Assembly (NCBI GenBank): GCA_949287595.1
Contig: CASEGV010000003.1
Coordinates: 8,490 to 72,489, forward strand
DNA: 64,000 nt
DNA from: an uncultured Mycoplasmatota bacterium
GTDB taxonomy: Bacteria; Bacillota_I; Bacilli_A; RF39; UBA660
Direction of reading: 5' to 3'
Within the stretch, counting starts at the first letter, position 1, and each line of letters starts with the position of its first letter. This document shows positions 28,795 to 38,343 of the stretch, piece by piece. Made by a program: the position numbers and the translations under genes. Below the pieces are notes generated by a model, which did no database searches, had not been told where the DNA came from, and saw nothing but the letters and a program-made list of their open reading frames with translations.

Positions 28795-29967
28795 ATGAAA
28801 ACAATCAAAGATATGAATTTAGAAAATAAAAAAGTATTAATTCGTTGTGACTTTAATGTTCCAATGAAAGAAGGGCATATATCAGATGATACCAGAATCA
28901 CGGCAGCCTTACCAACAATTAAGTATTGTCTAGATCAAAATGCCAAAGTAATTTTATTTTCACATTTAGGAAGAGTAAAAGAAGAAAGTGATTTAGCAAA
29001 AAATAATTTAGCACCAGTTGCGAAAAGATTAGAAGAATTACTTAATCAAAAAGTAACATTTGTAGAAAAAACAAGAGGAGAAGAACTAGAGAATGCCATT
29101 AATAATATGAACAGTAGAGATATCATACTAGTTCAAAATACTCGTTATGAAGATTTAGATGGTAAAAAAGAAAGCAAAAATGACCCTGAATTAGGTGCTT
29201 ACTGGGCCTCTTTAGGAGATGTTTTTGTAAATGATGCCTTTGGAACGATCCATAGAGCTCATGCATCTAATGTAGGAATTGCATCACACTTAGATTCATG
29301 TATCGGATTTTTAATTGAAAAAGAATTAAATGCCTTAAAAGAATTAGATAATCCTACTCATCCATTTGTCGTAGTATTAGGAGGAGCAAAAGTTGCTGAT
29401 AAAATCGGCGTAATCGAAAACTTAGTAACCAAAGCTGATAAAATTCTAATTGGTGGAGGAATGGCTTTTACTTTCTTAAAGGCAGAAGGTTATGAAATTG
29501 GAAAATCATTATTAGATGAAGAAAACCTAGAATTTTGTAAAAACATTTTAAAAGATTACAAAGATAAGATTATATTACCAGTAGATGTTGCTGTAACAAC
29601 AGAATATAGTGAAAATGAACCATACAAAACCAAAGATATCACAGAAATGAATGAAAATGAACAAGGATTAGACATTGGCCCTAAAACTGTAGAGTTATTT
29701 GAAAGTTATTTAAAAGAAGCAAGTATTGCCGTATGGAATGGACCTTTAGGTGTATATGAATTTGAAAAATATAAAAAGGGAACAGATGAGTTATTAAAAT
29801 TTGTTGTCGACAATAATGTTAAAATAATTCTTGGCGGTGGAGATATAGTAGCAGCTGCATCTCTTGCAGGATATAAAGACAAAGTATATCATGCATCAAC
29901 CGGAGGAGGAGCAACTCTTGAATATTTAGAGGGAAAAACTCTACCTGGATTGGAAGCAATAAAATAA
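28795..29967 (+). CDS. pgk: Phosphoglycerate kinase
   Basis: Motifs RCDFNVP, a C-terminal STGGGATLEYLEGK, and GGAKVADKIGVI. Confidence 0.96.
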   Translation: MKTIKDMNLENKKVLIRCDFNVPMKEGHISDDTRITAALPTIKYCLDQNAKVILFSHLGRVKEESDLAKNNLAPVAKRLEELLNQKVTFVEKTRGEELENAINNMNSRDIILVQNTRYEDLDGKKESKNDPELGAYWASLGDVFVNDAFGTIHRAHASNVGIASHLDSCIGFLIEKELNALKELDNPTHPFVVVLGGAKVADKIGVIENLVTKADKILIGGGMAFTFLKAEGYEIGKSLLDEENLEFCKNILKDYKDKIILPVDVAVTTEYSENEPYKTKDITEMNENEQGLDIGPKTVELFESYLKEASIAVWNGPLGVYEFEKYKKGTDELLKFVVDNNVKIILGGGDIVAAASLAGYKDKVYHASTGGGATLEYLEGKTLPGLEAIK

Positions 29968-29968
29968 G

Positions 29969-30463
29969 ATGAAAGAAAAAATTGAAGTAGCGAATCCATA
30001 TAATGAAGAACATATAACGATGTTTAAAGAATATGAAGATAAAAATCAGTTATCAAATACGACATCGAATTATTTACTAAAAACAAAAAGTATGTTACAA
30101 GAAGCAGATTACAGACAACTAGAACAAGAAAAACCCGAGATAGCAAGAACACTTTTTCTATCACAAAATGGAAAAATTATTACCTCCGCTCATCTTCTAG
30201 GGGAAAAAGATCGTAAGATTTGTCGTATGACAATAGATAACACTGCTAGTACAAATCAACAAGAAAAGTTATTAATAGAAGCACAAAATTATGCCTTTAC
30301 TAGTTTAGGAATGGAAGATGTTGTACTATTACAAGAAGAAGGAAACCATATTCCTTCTAACTTTCTAAAAGAACAAGGCTTTGAGGATTTAGGAATCGAA
30401 GCAGGAATGCAAGTATATACCAAATCAAGACAAACAGAAAAAATAACGACGTATCAAATGTAA
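29969..30463 (+). CDS. Hypothetical protein, weakly GNAT-like, translationally coupled to pgk
   Basis: The ATG is 1 nt after the pgk stop. The C-terminal half (AQNYAFTSLGMEDVVL...NFLKEQGFEDLG) resembles GNAT motifs A/B but has no Q/RxxGxG/A loop. Confidence 0.5.
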   Translation: MKEKIEVANPYNEEHITMFKEYEDKNQLSNTTSNYLLKTKSMLQEADYRQLEQEKPEIARTLFLSQNGKIITSAHLLGEKDRKICRMTIDNTASTNQQEKLLIEAQNYAFTSLGMEDVVLLQEEGNHIPSNFLKEQGFEDLGIEAGMQVYTKSRQTEKITTYQM

Positions 30464-30476
30464 AAGGAATGATAAA

Positions 30477-31178
30477 ATGATGATAGTATTAAATAATAAA
30501 TGTAATTTAACAAAACAAGAGTTCTTAAAATATCAAGAAGAACTAGGAAAGATATCTACCAAAAATAAAGTAATATTATGTCCTACATTTCTAAATATTA
30601 GTCATTTTGATTTAAACAATGTAGAGCTAGGTGCTCAAAATGTAAGCTCTAACGAACAAGGTGCATATACAGGAGAAGTATCAGCACAACAATTGCAATC
30701 AGAACAAGTAAAATATTGTATTGTAGGTCATTCAGAACGTAGGAAATATCAACAAGAAACAGACGAGGAAATAAATCAAAAGATAATGAAATTACTAGAA
30801 TGTAATATAATACCAATATTATGTGTAGGAGAAACAAAAGAGGAAAGAGAAAAAAATCTAGAACAAGAGATTATCAAAACAGAATTAAAAATAGCTTTAG
30901 AAAACTTAACTGATGAGCAAAAAGAAAAAATAATTATAGCTTATGAACCTATCTGGTCAATAGGAACAGGAATCATTCCTACTAATAATCAAATAAAAAA
31001 GATGTTCCAAACAATAAAACAACATCTTCCTAATAATAAAGTATTATATGGAGGAAGTGCTAATGAAGAAAATATAGCAGTATTAAAGGAAATAGAAGAA
31101 ATAGATGGTTATCTATTAGGTGGATTAAGCTTAAAACCAGAAAAATTAAAAGTTTTTATAGAAAAACTAAAAAATTAG
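30477..31178 (+). CDS. tpiA: Triosephosphate isomerase
   Basis: Contains GHSERR, AYEPIWSIGTG (catalytic Glu) and YGGS. Confidence 0.9.
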   Translation: MMIVLNNKCNLTKQEFLKYQEELGKISTKNKVILCPTFLNISHFDLNNVELGAQNVSSNEQGAYTGEVSAQQLQSEQVKYCIVGHSERRKYQQETDEEINQKIMKLLECNIIPILCVGETKEEREKNLEQEIIKTELKIALENLTDEQKEKIIIAYEPIWSIGTGIIPTNNQIKKMFQTIKQHLPNNKVLYGGSANEENIAVLKEIEEIDGYLLGGLSLKPEKLKVFIEKLKN

Positions 31179-31185
31179 ACAAATT

Positions 31186-31217
31186 AGACAGTTTCGACAA
31201 AACTTGTCTTTTTTTTC
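31186..31217 (+). terminator. Intrinsic terminator after tpiA
   Basis: AGACAGTTT...AAACTTGTCT hairpin followed by a T8 run. It contains TTCGACA, the reverse complement of the 0A-box TGTCGAA, at 31193-31199. Confidence 0.7.
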
Positions 31218-31279
31218 TCTATCATTTTTAGGAAAGGTAGTATATAATGAAAATACGTGCAGTACTGAGAGGAGAACAA

Positions 31280-32053
31280 ATGAAAAAGACAAAAGTATTA
31301 GTAGTAGATGATAATAAGAGTTTAGTAGAAATGATAAAGGAATACTTTAAAGATAATTCTAATATCACAATATCACTAGAAGCTTATGATGGTACAGAGG
31401 GAATTCGCTTGATTGAAAAGAAACAAGAGGAGTATGATATTGTTCTATTAGACTTAATCATGCCAAACAAAGATGGAATTGCAGTACTGGAGTTTATGAA
31501 GAAGAAAGCAATCGATAAGAAAGTCATTGTCCTAACTTCATATAATACACAAGATATGATTCGAAAAGTATCAGAATTAGGAGTTAGTTACTTTATTTTG
31601 AAACCTTTTGAATTAGAAGATTTAGAGAAAAGAATTACTGAGGTTGCTGAAGGTGTAAAATTTGGTGGAAAAGAAATAGATGTATATCACAATAATTTAC
31701 AAATTGCTATCACTAAAACATTACATGAATTAGGCGTACCTTCTCATATAAAAGGATATCAATATATTAGAGAAAGCATATCTCTGGTGTATGAAAGGCC
31801 AGAAATTGTAGGAGGGATAACGAAAGAGTTATATCCAGAAGTAGCAAAAAAGTTTAATACCACAGTTTCACGTGTAGAAAGAGCAATCAGACATGCAATA
31901 GAAGTTAGTTGGAACCGTGGAAATTGGCAATTGATGGAAGAAATTTTCGGACATAGTGTCGATATCGATAAAGCAAAGCCAACCAACTCAGAATTTATAA
32001 TTACAGTTGCTGATAAATTAAGATTAGAATTCAGTAAACCATTATCAAACTAA
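31280..32053 (+). CDS. spo0A: Sporulation master response regulator Spo0A
   Basis: Receiver domain ([15 protein letters not shown]) plus Spo0A_C signatures: [35 protein letters not shown] and [17 protein letters not shown] upstream of ATG 31280. Confidence 0.9.
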   Translation: MKKTKVLVVDDNKSLVEMIKEYFKDNSNITISLEAYDGTEGIRLIEKKQEEYDIVLLDLIMPNKDGIAVLEFMKKKAIDKKVIVLTSYNTQDMIRKVSELGVSYFILKPFELEDLEKRITEVAEGVKFGGKEIDVYHNNLQIAITKTLHELGVPSHIKGYQYIRESISLVYERPEIVGGITKELYPEVAKKFNTTVSRVERAIRHAIEVSWNRGNWQLMEEIFGHSVDIDKAKPTNSEFIITVADKLRLEFSKPLSN

Positions 32054-32080
32054 GACGGAAAAAATAGTCCGTCTTTTTTT
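32053..32080 (+). terminator. Intrinsic terminator after spo0A
   Basis: AGACGGA-(8 nt)-TCCGTCT followed by a T7 run. Confidence 0.9.
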
Positions 32081-32149
32081 CTCCACATTGACTTTTTATA
32101 AAAACAGAAGTATACTTATTTTATAAAATGTGTAAGGAGGATACAGATT

Positions 32150-33427
32150 ATGGAACGAAAAATAGAAAAATTCCTGCAAAAGTGGCAAAAAGATATCATC
32201 AGAAAGCCCTTAATATTATATGGACCGAAACAAGTAGGAAAAAGTTATTCAGCATTACAATTTGGAAAACAAAATTATAAAAACACAATATATTTTAACA
32301 CCAGCAACAACAAACCATTAGAAGAGTTATTTATAAAAAAAAAATCAACAGAAAAATTAATATTAAATCTATCTTTATTATCAGGAGAAACAATATTACA
32401 AGAAGATTCCTTACTTATTTTTGATAATGTAAATAGTATAGAAATTGTAAAAGGATTAAAACTATTTGGAAGTGAACATAGTAAATATCATATCATTGCC
32501 ATTACTTCTCGTAGAGAAAACCTAAATGAGTTTAAAGGAGAAGAGTTACAATTTAAAGGTATGAATGAAATGGACTTTGAAGAATTTCTCTGGGCCAAAA
32601 ATGAAAAAGCACTAGCAGAGTTAATTAGAGAATCCTTTACTAAGCACAAAACTTGTCCGTTTCATAAATTAGCACTAGAACTATTTCAAGAATATTTAAT
32701 GACCGGTGGTCTACCAGAAGTAATTACAGCTAGTCTAGATGGTAAAAGTGAATATGAAATAGATATTATAAAACAAAAGATTTTAGAAGTATACGAAAAA
32801 GAACTAATCAACAGTAAAAATCTAATTGATATTCCTAGAGGACTAGAAGTAATCGAATCTCTTCCAGAACAATTAAAAAAGGATAATAAAAAATTTCAAT
32901 ATGGAGTCATCGGTACAGGAAGACGTGCCAAAGAATATGAAAATACAATTAATTATTTAGTAAACAATCAAATTGTATATAGAAGTTATAAAATATCAAC
33001 CGTAAAATCTCCTCTAAGTAGTTGTAGAGAAACAGATAGTTTTAAACTATATTTACCAGATGATGGACTATTATTCTCAATGCTACATACAAACTTAAAA
33101 CAACTATTAAGTGATGAAAAAATAAAAGATATATTATATGAAAATAGTATTGCTAAAACTTTAGCAGAGGCAGGATATGCTTTATATTATTATCAGTCAG
33201 AAGGAAAAGCTGAAGTAAACTTCGTAATACAAAACAGAATGGGAAAAATAATACCAATTGAATTAATATCTAAAGCAGATTCAAAGGCTAAATCATTAGC
33301 CGTATTTATGAAGAAATTTACAGTAACAGAAGCATATCGTGTAACGGAAAATAATTTCGCAACTAAAAAAGATATCAGATATATTCCGATATATGCTGTA
33401 TTTTGCTTAAATAATAATATTATATAG
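32150..33427 (+). CDS. AAA-family ATP-binding protein (AAA_14/DUF4143-like)
   Basis: P-loop GPKQVGKS near the N-terminus. Size and layout fit the widespread DUF4143 ATPases. Confidence 0.7.
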   Translation: MERKIEKFLQKWQKDIIRKPLILYGPKQVGKSYSALQFGKQNYKNTIYFNTSNNKPLEELFIKKKSTEKLILNLSLLSGETILQEDSLLIFDNVNSIEIVKGLKLFGSEHSKYHIIAITSRRENLNEFKGEELQFKGMNEMDFEEFLWAKNEKALAELIRESFTKHKTCPFHKLALELFQEYLMTGGLPEVITASLDGKSEYEIDIIKQKILEVYEKELINSKNLIDIPRGLEVIESLPEQLKKDNKKFQYGVIGTGRRAKEYENTINYLVNNQIVYRSYKISTVKSPLSSCRETDSFKLYLPDDGLLFSMLHTNLKQLLSDEKIKDILYENSIAKTLAEAGYALYYYQSEGKAEVNFVIQNRMGKIIPIELISKADSKAKSLAVFMKKFTVTEAYRVTENNFATKKDIRYIPIYAVFCLNNNII

Positions 33428-33437
33428 GAGGAACAAA

Positions 33438-34940
33438 ATGAAAAAACCAATTGTATTAACAATATTAGATGGATATGGATTAAGAGAGGAAACTCATGGA
33501 AATGCAGTAGCTCTAGCAAACAATCCAGTATTTAATGAGCTATGGAATACCTATCCACATACTAAGTTAACTGCATCAGGACAATTAGTAGGTCTTCCTA
33601 AAGGACAAATGGGAAATAGCGAAGTAGGACACATGAACATTGGAGCCGGAAGAATTGTTTATCAACCATTAGAACTAATTAATAAATCAATCGCAGATAA
33701 AGAGTTCTTTCAAAATGAAACAATTAAGAGTGTAATGGATCATGTAAGAAAAAATGAGTCAAAGCTACACTTAATGGGACTAATCAGTGACGGTGGAGTA
33801 CACTCTCATATAAATCACTTATTAGCTTTACTTGATATGTGTAAAATGGAAGGTATTAAAAATGTTTATCTACATTTATTTACAGATGGACGAGATGTAC
33901 CACCAAAGAGCGCTTATACCTATATTTCTAAAGTCGAAGAAAAATTAAAAGAAATAGGGTTTGGAACAATCGCATCTATATCAGGTAGATATTACGCTAT
34001 GGACCGTGATAATAATTATGATAGACTACTAAAGGCATATGATGTAATTGTAAACAATAAAGGAGAAATACAACCCTCTCCAAAAGAATATATTGAAAAC
34101 AGTTATAAAGACGGAATAACAGATGAGTTTTTCTTACCAGCAAAATTTACACAATCAGGAAATGTCGAAGAAAATGATGGAATTATAGCCTTCAACTTCA
34201 GAAAAGATAGATTACGTGAATTATTTACCGCCATCACGAACCCTGCGGCAGTAGACATGGAAACAGTAACGTTCAATAACGTAAAAACAATTACAATGAT
34301 GCCTGTTGTAGAAAGTGTAAAAGCACCTCATGCATTTAATGATCCTGAACTTACAAATATTTTAGGAGAATATATAGAAAAACAAAACTTATCACAACTA
34401 AGAATTGCTGAAACAGAAAAATATGCTCATGTTACGTTCTTCTTCGATGGTGGAAAAGAAGTAGATTATAAAAATGAAAAGAAAATACTAGTACCATCAC
34501 CAAAAGTTGCAACTTATGATTTAAAACCAGAAATGAGTGCTGATGAAGTAACAGAAAAATTACTTGCAGAACTACCACATACAGATTTAGTAATATTAAA
34601 CTTTGCAAATGGTGATATGGTAGGACATACAGGCGTATTAGAAGCAGCTATCAAAGCTGTAGAAACAGTAGATACAGATTTAAAATTAATATATGACAAA
34701 GTCATGGAATTAGGTGGAATATTAATTGTAACCGCAGATCATGGTAACTGTGAAGAAATGTTAGATGACGATAATAATGTAATCACATCTCATACGACGA
34801 ATCCAGTACCATTTATTATCACCGAAAAAGGATTAAAACTACATGAAGGTAAACTAGGAGATATCGCTCCTACAATACTAGAGTTAATGAATTTAGAAAA
34901 ACCAGTTGAAATGACTGGAGAAAGTTTAATAGAAAAATAA
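33438..34940 (+). CDS. gpmI: 2,3-bisphosphoglycerate-independent phosphoglycerate mutase
   Basis: Motifs ILDGYG, GNSEVGHMNIGAGR, GGVHSH and TADHGN. Confidence 0.96.
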   Translation: MKKPIVLTILDGYGLREETHGNAVALANNPVFNELWNTYPHTKLTASGQLVGLPKGQMGNSEVGHMNIGAGRIVYQPLELINKSIADKEFFQNETIKSVMDHVRKNESKLHLMGLISDGGVHSHINHLLALLDMCKMEGIKNVYLHLFTDGRDVPPKSAYTYISKVEEKLKEIGFGTIASISGRYYAMDRDNNYDRLLKAYDVIVNNKGEIQPSPKEYIENSYKDGITDEFFLPAKFTQSGNVEENDGIIAFNFRKDRLRELFTAITNPAAVDMETVTFNNVKTITMMPVVESVKAPHAFNDPELTNILGEYIEKQNLSQLRIAETEKYAHVTFFFDGGKEVDYKNEKKILVPSPKVATYDLKPEMSADEVTEKLLAELPHTDLVILNFANGDMVGHTGVLEAAIKAVETVDTDLKLIYDKVMELGGILIVTADHGNCEEMLDDDNNVITSHTTNPVPFIITEKGLKLHEGKLGDIAPTILELMNLEKPVEMTGESLIEK

Positions 34941-34982
34941 AAGCAATGCTTAAGGATTATATTTTCCTTGCATTGCTTTTTC
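34941..34982. terminator. Bidirectional terminator hairpin (gpmI / HTH gene)
   Basis: AAGCAATGC...GCATTGCTT followed by a T run. Overlaps the 3' end of the minus-strand HTH gene. Confidence 0.65.
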
Positions 34983-35252
34983 TATGACAGAACGAAAAGC
35001 CTCCATATCAAAATCAAGTAATTGATCTAAACTAACATCTAACGCCTTAGAAATGAGCCAGACTGTAAAAGTAGAAAAATAATCATCTCCTTTTTCAGAC
35101 TCTAAATCACGAATATATTCATGAGAAACACTAACAGCTTCAGCAAGTCGTGCTTGAGTCCAGCCTTTCTCTATCCTAGCTTCTCTAATATGTTCTATAA
35201 CAATTTTTTTAAAAAATTTTTCATATGTTTTTCGCTCTTCTTTATCCATCAT
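34950..35252 (-). CDS. XRE-family HTH regulator, divergent from dinB
   Basis: Motif KGWTQARLAEAVSVSHEYIRDLESEKG. The listed TTG at 35279 is unlikely; ATGs at 35252 and 35249 sit downstream of GGTGA. Confidence 0.7.
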   Translation of the reverse strand: MMDKEERKTYEKFFKKIVIEHIREARIEKGWTQARLAEAVSVSHEYIRDLESEKGDDYFSTFTVWLISKALDVSLDQLLDFDMEAFRSVIEKAMQGKYNP

Positions 35253-35332
35253 ATTATCACCTAGAATTAGTATGCCCAAAAACAGAAAAACAATATGTAA
35301 ACTAGAACTCTACAACAACTAATTTTGTTCGA

Positions 35333-35361
35333 TTGCACTAAGAAAAAAAGTATTTTATAAT
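35333..35361 (+). promoter_or_regulatory. dinB promoter
   Basis: -35 TTGCAC at 35333-35338, a 17-nt spacer, and -10 TATAAT at 35356-35361. Confidence 0.6.
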
Positions 35362-35435
35362 ACAGATAAAGGAATTGTATAAAAACTACCTCAAGGTTTC
35401 ATTGCTAGGTATATCTTAAAAAGGAGAAGTTGTTA

Positions 35436-36659
35436 ATGAAGGAAAGAATAATTTTTCATATAGATGTAAATAATGCCTTTTTATCCTGGACCGCAGTTTT
35501 ATTATTAAAGCAAGGTTATAAGAAGGATATTAGAAAAATACCATCTATCATTGCTGGATCAGAGTCTAATCGTCATGGAATAGTACTAGCAAAGTCTCCA
35601 GTAGCTAAAAAATTTGGAATAAAAACAGCAGAAACAATATATCAGGCCAAAAAGAAATGTCCAAGTATAGAAATCTATCCTCCCAATCATCGCTGGTATT
35701 ATGAACAGTCAAAAAAACTTTTTGAATACTTATCACAATATTCTCCCTTATTAGAGAAATTTTCAATTGACGAGTGTTTCCTAGATATGACAGGTACCAA
35801 TTATTTATATAAAGACTACTATCAATTAGCAGTAAAAATAAAAGAAGAAGTAAAAGAAAAATTTGGTTTCACAGTAAATATTGGAATAGGAAATAATAAA
35901 TTATGTGCCAAAATGGCATCAGACTTTGAAAAACCAGATAAAGTACATACTTTATTAAAAAATGAAATAGAACAAAAACTATGGCCCTTAGACGTGGGAG
36001 ATTTATTCATGGTTGGGAAAAGAACCAAAGAAGAGCTAAACAAGTTAGGAATTTATACTATAAAAGACCTAGCTTTTGCCAATGAAAAAGTATTAGAAAG
36101 GAAGTTTAAAAATCAAGCTAAATATCTAAAAGAAGCATCCCTGGGAATAGACAATACCAAAGTAGAACCAAGAAGTAGTAAAACAACCAGTATCTCAACA
36201 TCAGAAACTCTATCACATGATTATACAGATGAAGAAAAGATAAAAGATATATTATTTAGACAAACAGAAGATGTCACAAGAGAGTTAAGAAAACAAAAAC
36301 AATATGCAAAAACTGTCGCAGTAATTTATAAAAATAAAGATTTTCAAGGCTACTCTGCGCAAGCAAAACTTCCTCATCTAACAAATAGTACTAAGGAAAT
36401 ATATAAATTAGTAATAGAAATCTTTAACAAAAGTTATAAAAAAGATCCTATAAGATTAATAGGAGTTCGCCTAGCAGATTTATCCGAGACGAAAGAAAGG
36501 CAACTAACACTTTTTGAAGAAAATAATGAAGAAGAACAAAAGGAAGAAGAAATACAAAAAACGATAGATGATATTAATCAAAAATTTGGAAAATCAATTG
36601 TTGCACCAGCATCATTAAAGATTATCGGTGAGCCAAAATCAAAAAGAAATTTAAAATAG
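35436..36659 (+). CDS. dinB: DNA polymerase IV (Y-family)
   Basis: Motifs IFHIDVNNAFLS, SIDECFLD and NKLCAKMASDFEKP. AAGGAG lies 8 nt upstream of ATG 35436. Confidence 0.9.
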   Translation: MKERIIFHIDVNNAFLSWTAVLLLKQGYKKDIRKIPSIIAGSESNRHGIVLAKSPVAKKFGIKTAETIYQAKKKCPSIEIYPPNHRWYYEQSKKLFEYLSQYSPLLEKFSIDECFLDMTGTNYLYKDYYQLAVKIKEEVKEKFGFTVNIGIGNNKLCAKMASDFEKPDKVHTLLKNEIEQKLWPLDVGDLFMVGKRTKEELNKLGIYTIKDLAFANEKVLERKFKNQAKYLKEASLGIDNTKVEPRSSKTTSISTSETLSHDYTDEEKIKDILFRQTEDVTRELRKQKQYAKTVAVIYKNKDFQGYSAQAKLPHLTNSTKEIYKLVIEIFNKSYKKDPIRLIGVRLADLSETKERQLTLFEENNEEEQKEEEIQKTIDDINQKFGKSIVAPASLKIIGEPKSKRNLK

Positions 36660-36678
36660 TAAAATAAAGTAAATTTGA

Positions 36679-36707
36679 TTGACGAACCATATTTTGAAAG
36701 GTACAAT
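36679..36707 (+). promoter_or_regulatory. Promoter of the tandem paralog pair
   Basis: -35 TTGACG at 36679-36684, a 17-nt spacer, and -10 TACAAT at 36702-36707. The listed TTG start at 36679 is the -35 box itself. Confidence 0.55.
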
Positions 36708-36732
36708 GAGAATAGGGGAAGGAAATAGTAGT

Positions 36733-37290
36733 ATGGAAGAGTTAAGAACGGTATATAGAAATGAAAAAAGTATAGAGAGGATGAATGACTTAATCAGTAA
36801 TAAAATTGACGAAATATTGTCAGATAATTATCAGAATAAGTTTTTAGAGGGTATTGTTTACATGGGAAGAGATTTTTCTCAAATAGACTCTAGTAAACCA
36901 GAAGTAGAATTAATGTTTATTTATAATGATAAAAACTTTGAGCCAGTCGAATTAACAAAGCCAGAAATCATGGAAATTTTATCACAGACAGGTATGAATA
37001 TTAGCATAATGAACAAGCCAGACTGGTATTATAGCCTAGAAGGAAGATTTCAAGATAGAGGAGAACATCCCTGGGAATTTATTGTAAGACAAGGAACAAT
37101 TATTTATGACAAAACTGGTAAAATAAAGGAATTACAAGCAGATTTACAAAATGACTTAACTTTAGATAATTATACTTTATTTTTCTCAAATGACTCTTGT
37201 AAATTTGAACCACCAATTGAATATATACCAAAACAGTATCGAAAAATAAAAACATTAAATAGTACCAAAAAAGTTGCAGATGCAAGTTAA
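36733..37290 (+). CDS. Hypothetical protein, paralog A (degenerate nucleotidyltransferase-like?)
   Basis: ATG 36733 sits downstream of GGAAGGA. It shares collinear blocks with the next gene (see findings). Confidence 0.55.
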   Translation: MEELRTVYRNEKSIERMNDLISNKIDEILSDNYQNKFLEGIVYMGRDFSQIDSSKPEVELMFIYNDKNFEPVELTKPEIMEILSQTGMNISIMNKPDWYYSLEGRFQDRGEHPWEFIVRQGTIIYDKTGKIKELQADLQNDLTLDNYTLFFSNDSCKFEPPIEYIPKQYRKIKTLNSTKKVADAS

Positions 37291-37314
37291 AAATATAAAG
37301 GGAAGATTTGGAAT

Positions 37315-37800
37315 ATGGAAAGATTAAAAAAAGTACAAATAGAACCATCAAAGATGGAAATAGTAAATAATATGGTAACAGAAGAAATCGTGAAAGCGTT
37401 AGAAAATGATTATTTTGAAGCTATAGAAGGTGTTGTTGCTACAGGACAAGAATTTGGAGTAGTACCAGGAAAGGGTGTTCAATTATTATTTTTATATAAT
37501 CAATATACGCCAAAAAAAATTCCATCAAAATACATAGAAAATGAAGATATAGAAATGTTTATTCACACAGAAAGCATGGATATCTGGCAATTAGAAAATG
37601 AAAAAACCAGAAAGGAAATATTTGGTGGAAACACCTGGGAACAAGAAGTAAAATATGGAACATTACTATATGATAGAAATGGAAATGTAGAAAAATTACG
37701 TGAGAGCTTATTAAAAGAAGGAACAACAGATATTGACTTCTGGATAGGAATGTGTGAATTCGAGCCTCCAGTACAATATAAAAAAAGAGCAAAAATCTAA
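37315..37800 (+). CDS. Hypothetical protein, paralog B
   Basis: Collinear similarity to paralog A: IEGVV.TGQEF, LLFLYN, GTLLYDRNGNVEKL and CEFEPPVQY. Confidence 0.6.
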   Translation: MERLKKVQIEPSKMEIVNNMVTEEIVKALENDYFEAIEGVVATGQEFGVVPGKGVQLLFLYNQYTPKKIPSKYIENEDIEMFIHTESMDIWQLENEKTRKEIFGGNTWEQEVKYGTLLYDRNGNVEKLRESLLKEGTTDIDFWIGMCEFEPPVQYKKRAKI

Positions 37801-37824
37801 AAAAATGCATTTTTGCTCTTTTTT
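37785..37824 (+). terminator. Intrinsic terminator
   Basis: AAGAGCAAAAAT-(12 nt)-ATTTTTGCTCTT followed by a T run. Confidence 0.85.
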
Positions 37825-38343
37825 CAGGCAAAACACCAGAGAAAATGATTGTAAAAGCAGAAAAAATATAGTATATTAAATATAATAGAAGATAAATATA
37901 ATGGGCATCTATAAATGTTTTCCCTAGGAAATTACACATTTTTTATTATTTTCTAAATAGGGTTAAAATAGAATGGTTTGAAATAAATTGTGCTATTATT
38001 TGTAATATGTATTCAAAATAATTTTGCTGATAATTTCAAGGTAAATATTGAAGCATTTTGAAGTTAGTTATTCCATTAATGATAGTATTTCACTCTAATC
38101 AAAGAAAATGTCAAATTAAATCAAATGTTAAAAATAAACTTTCTGGTTATACTAAGAATAATACTAGTAAAGTTAGTTTAAGGGTATAGTGATGATGAGA
38201 TATCTATACAAAGCCTGAAGAAGGTACTGTCATTTGTGAAAAGTAGTATTTACAAATTATCAAATCTAGCAGAACTAATTCATATGAACTAGGTATCCTA
38301 GCTAGAGGAGTAATATGATTTATAAAAATAATTAGCAAAAGAG

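Noticed and set aside
37559-37939. 126-aa minus-strand ORF
   Set aside because: It overlaps paralog B and runs through its terminator hairpin. It has no RBS and a hydrophobic, low-complexity translation.
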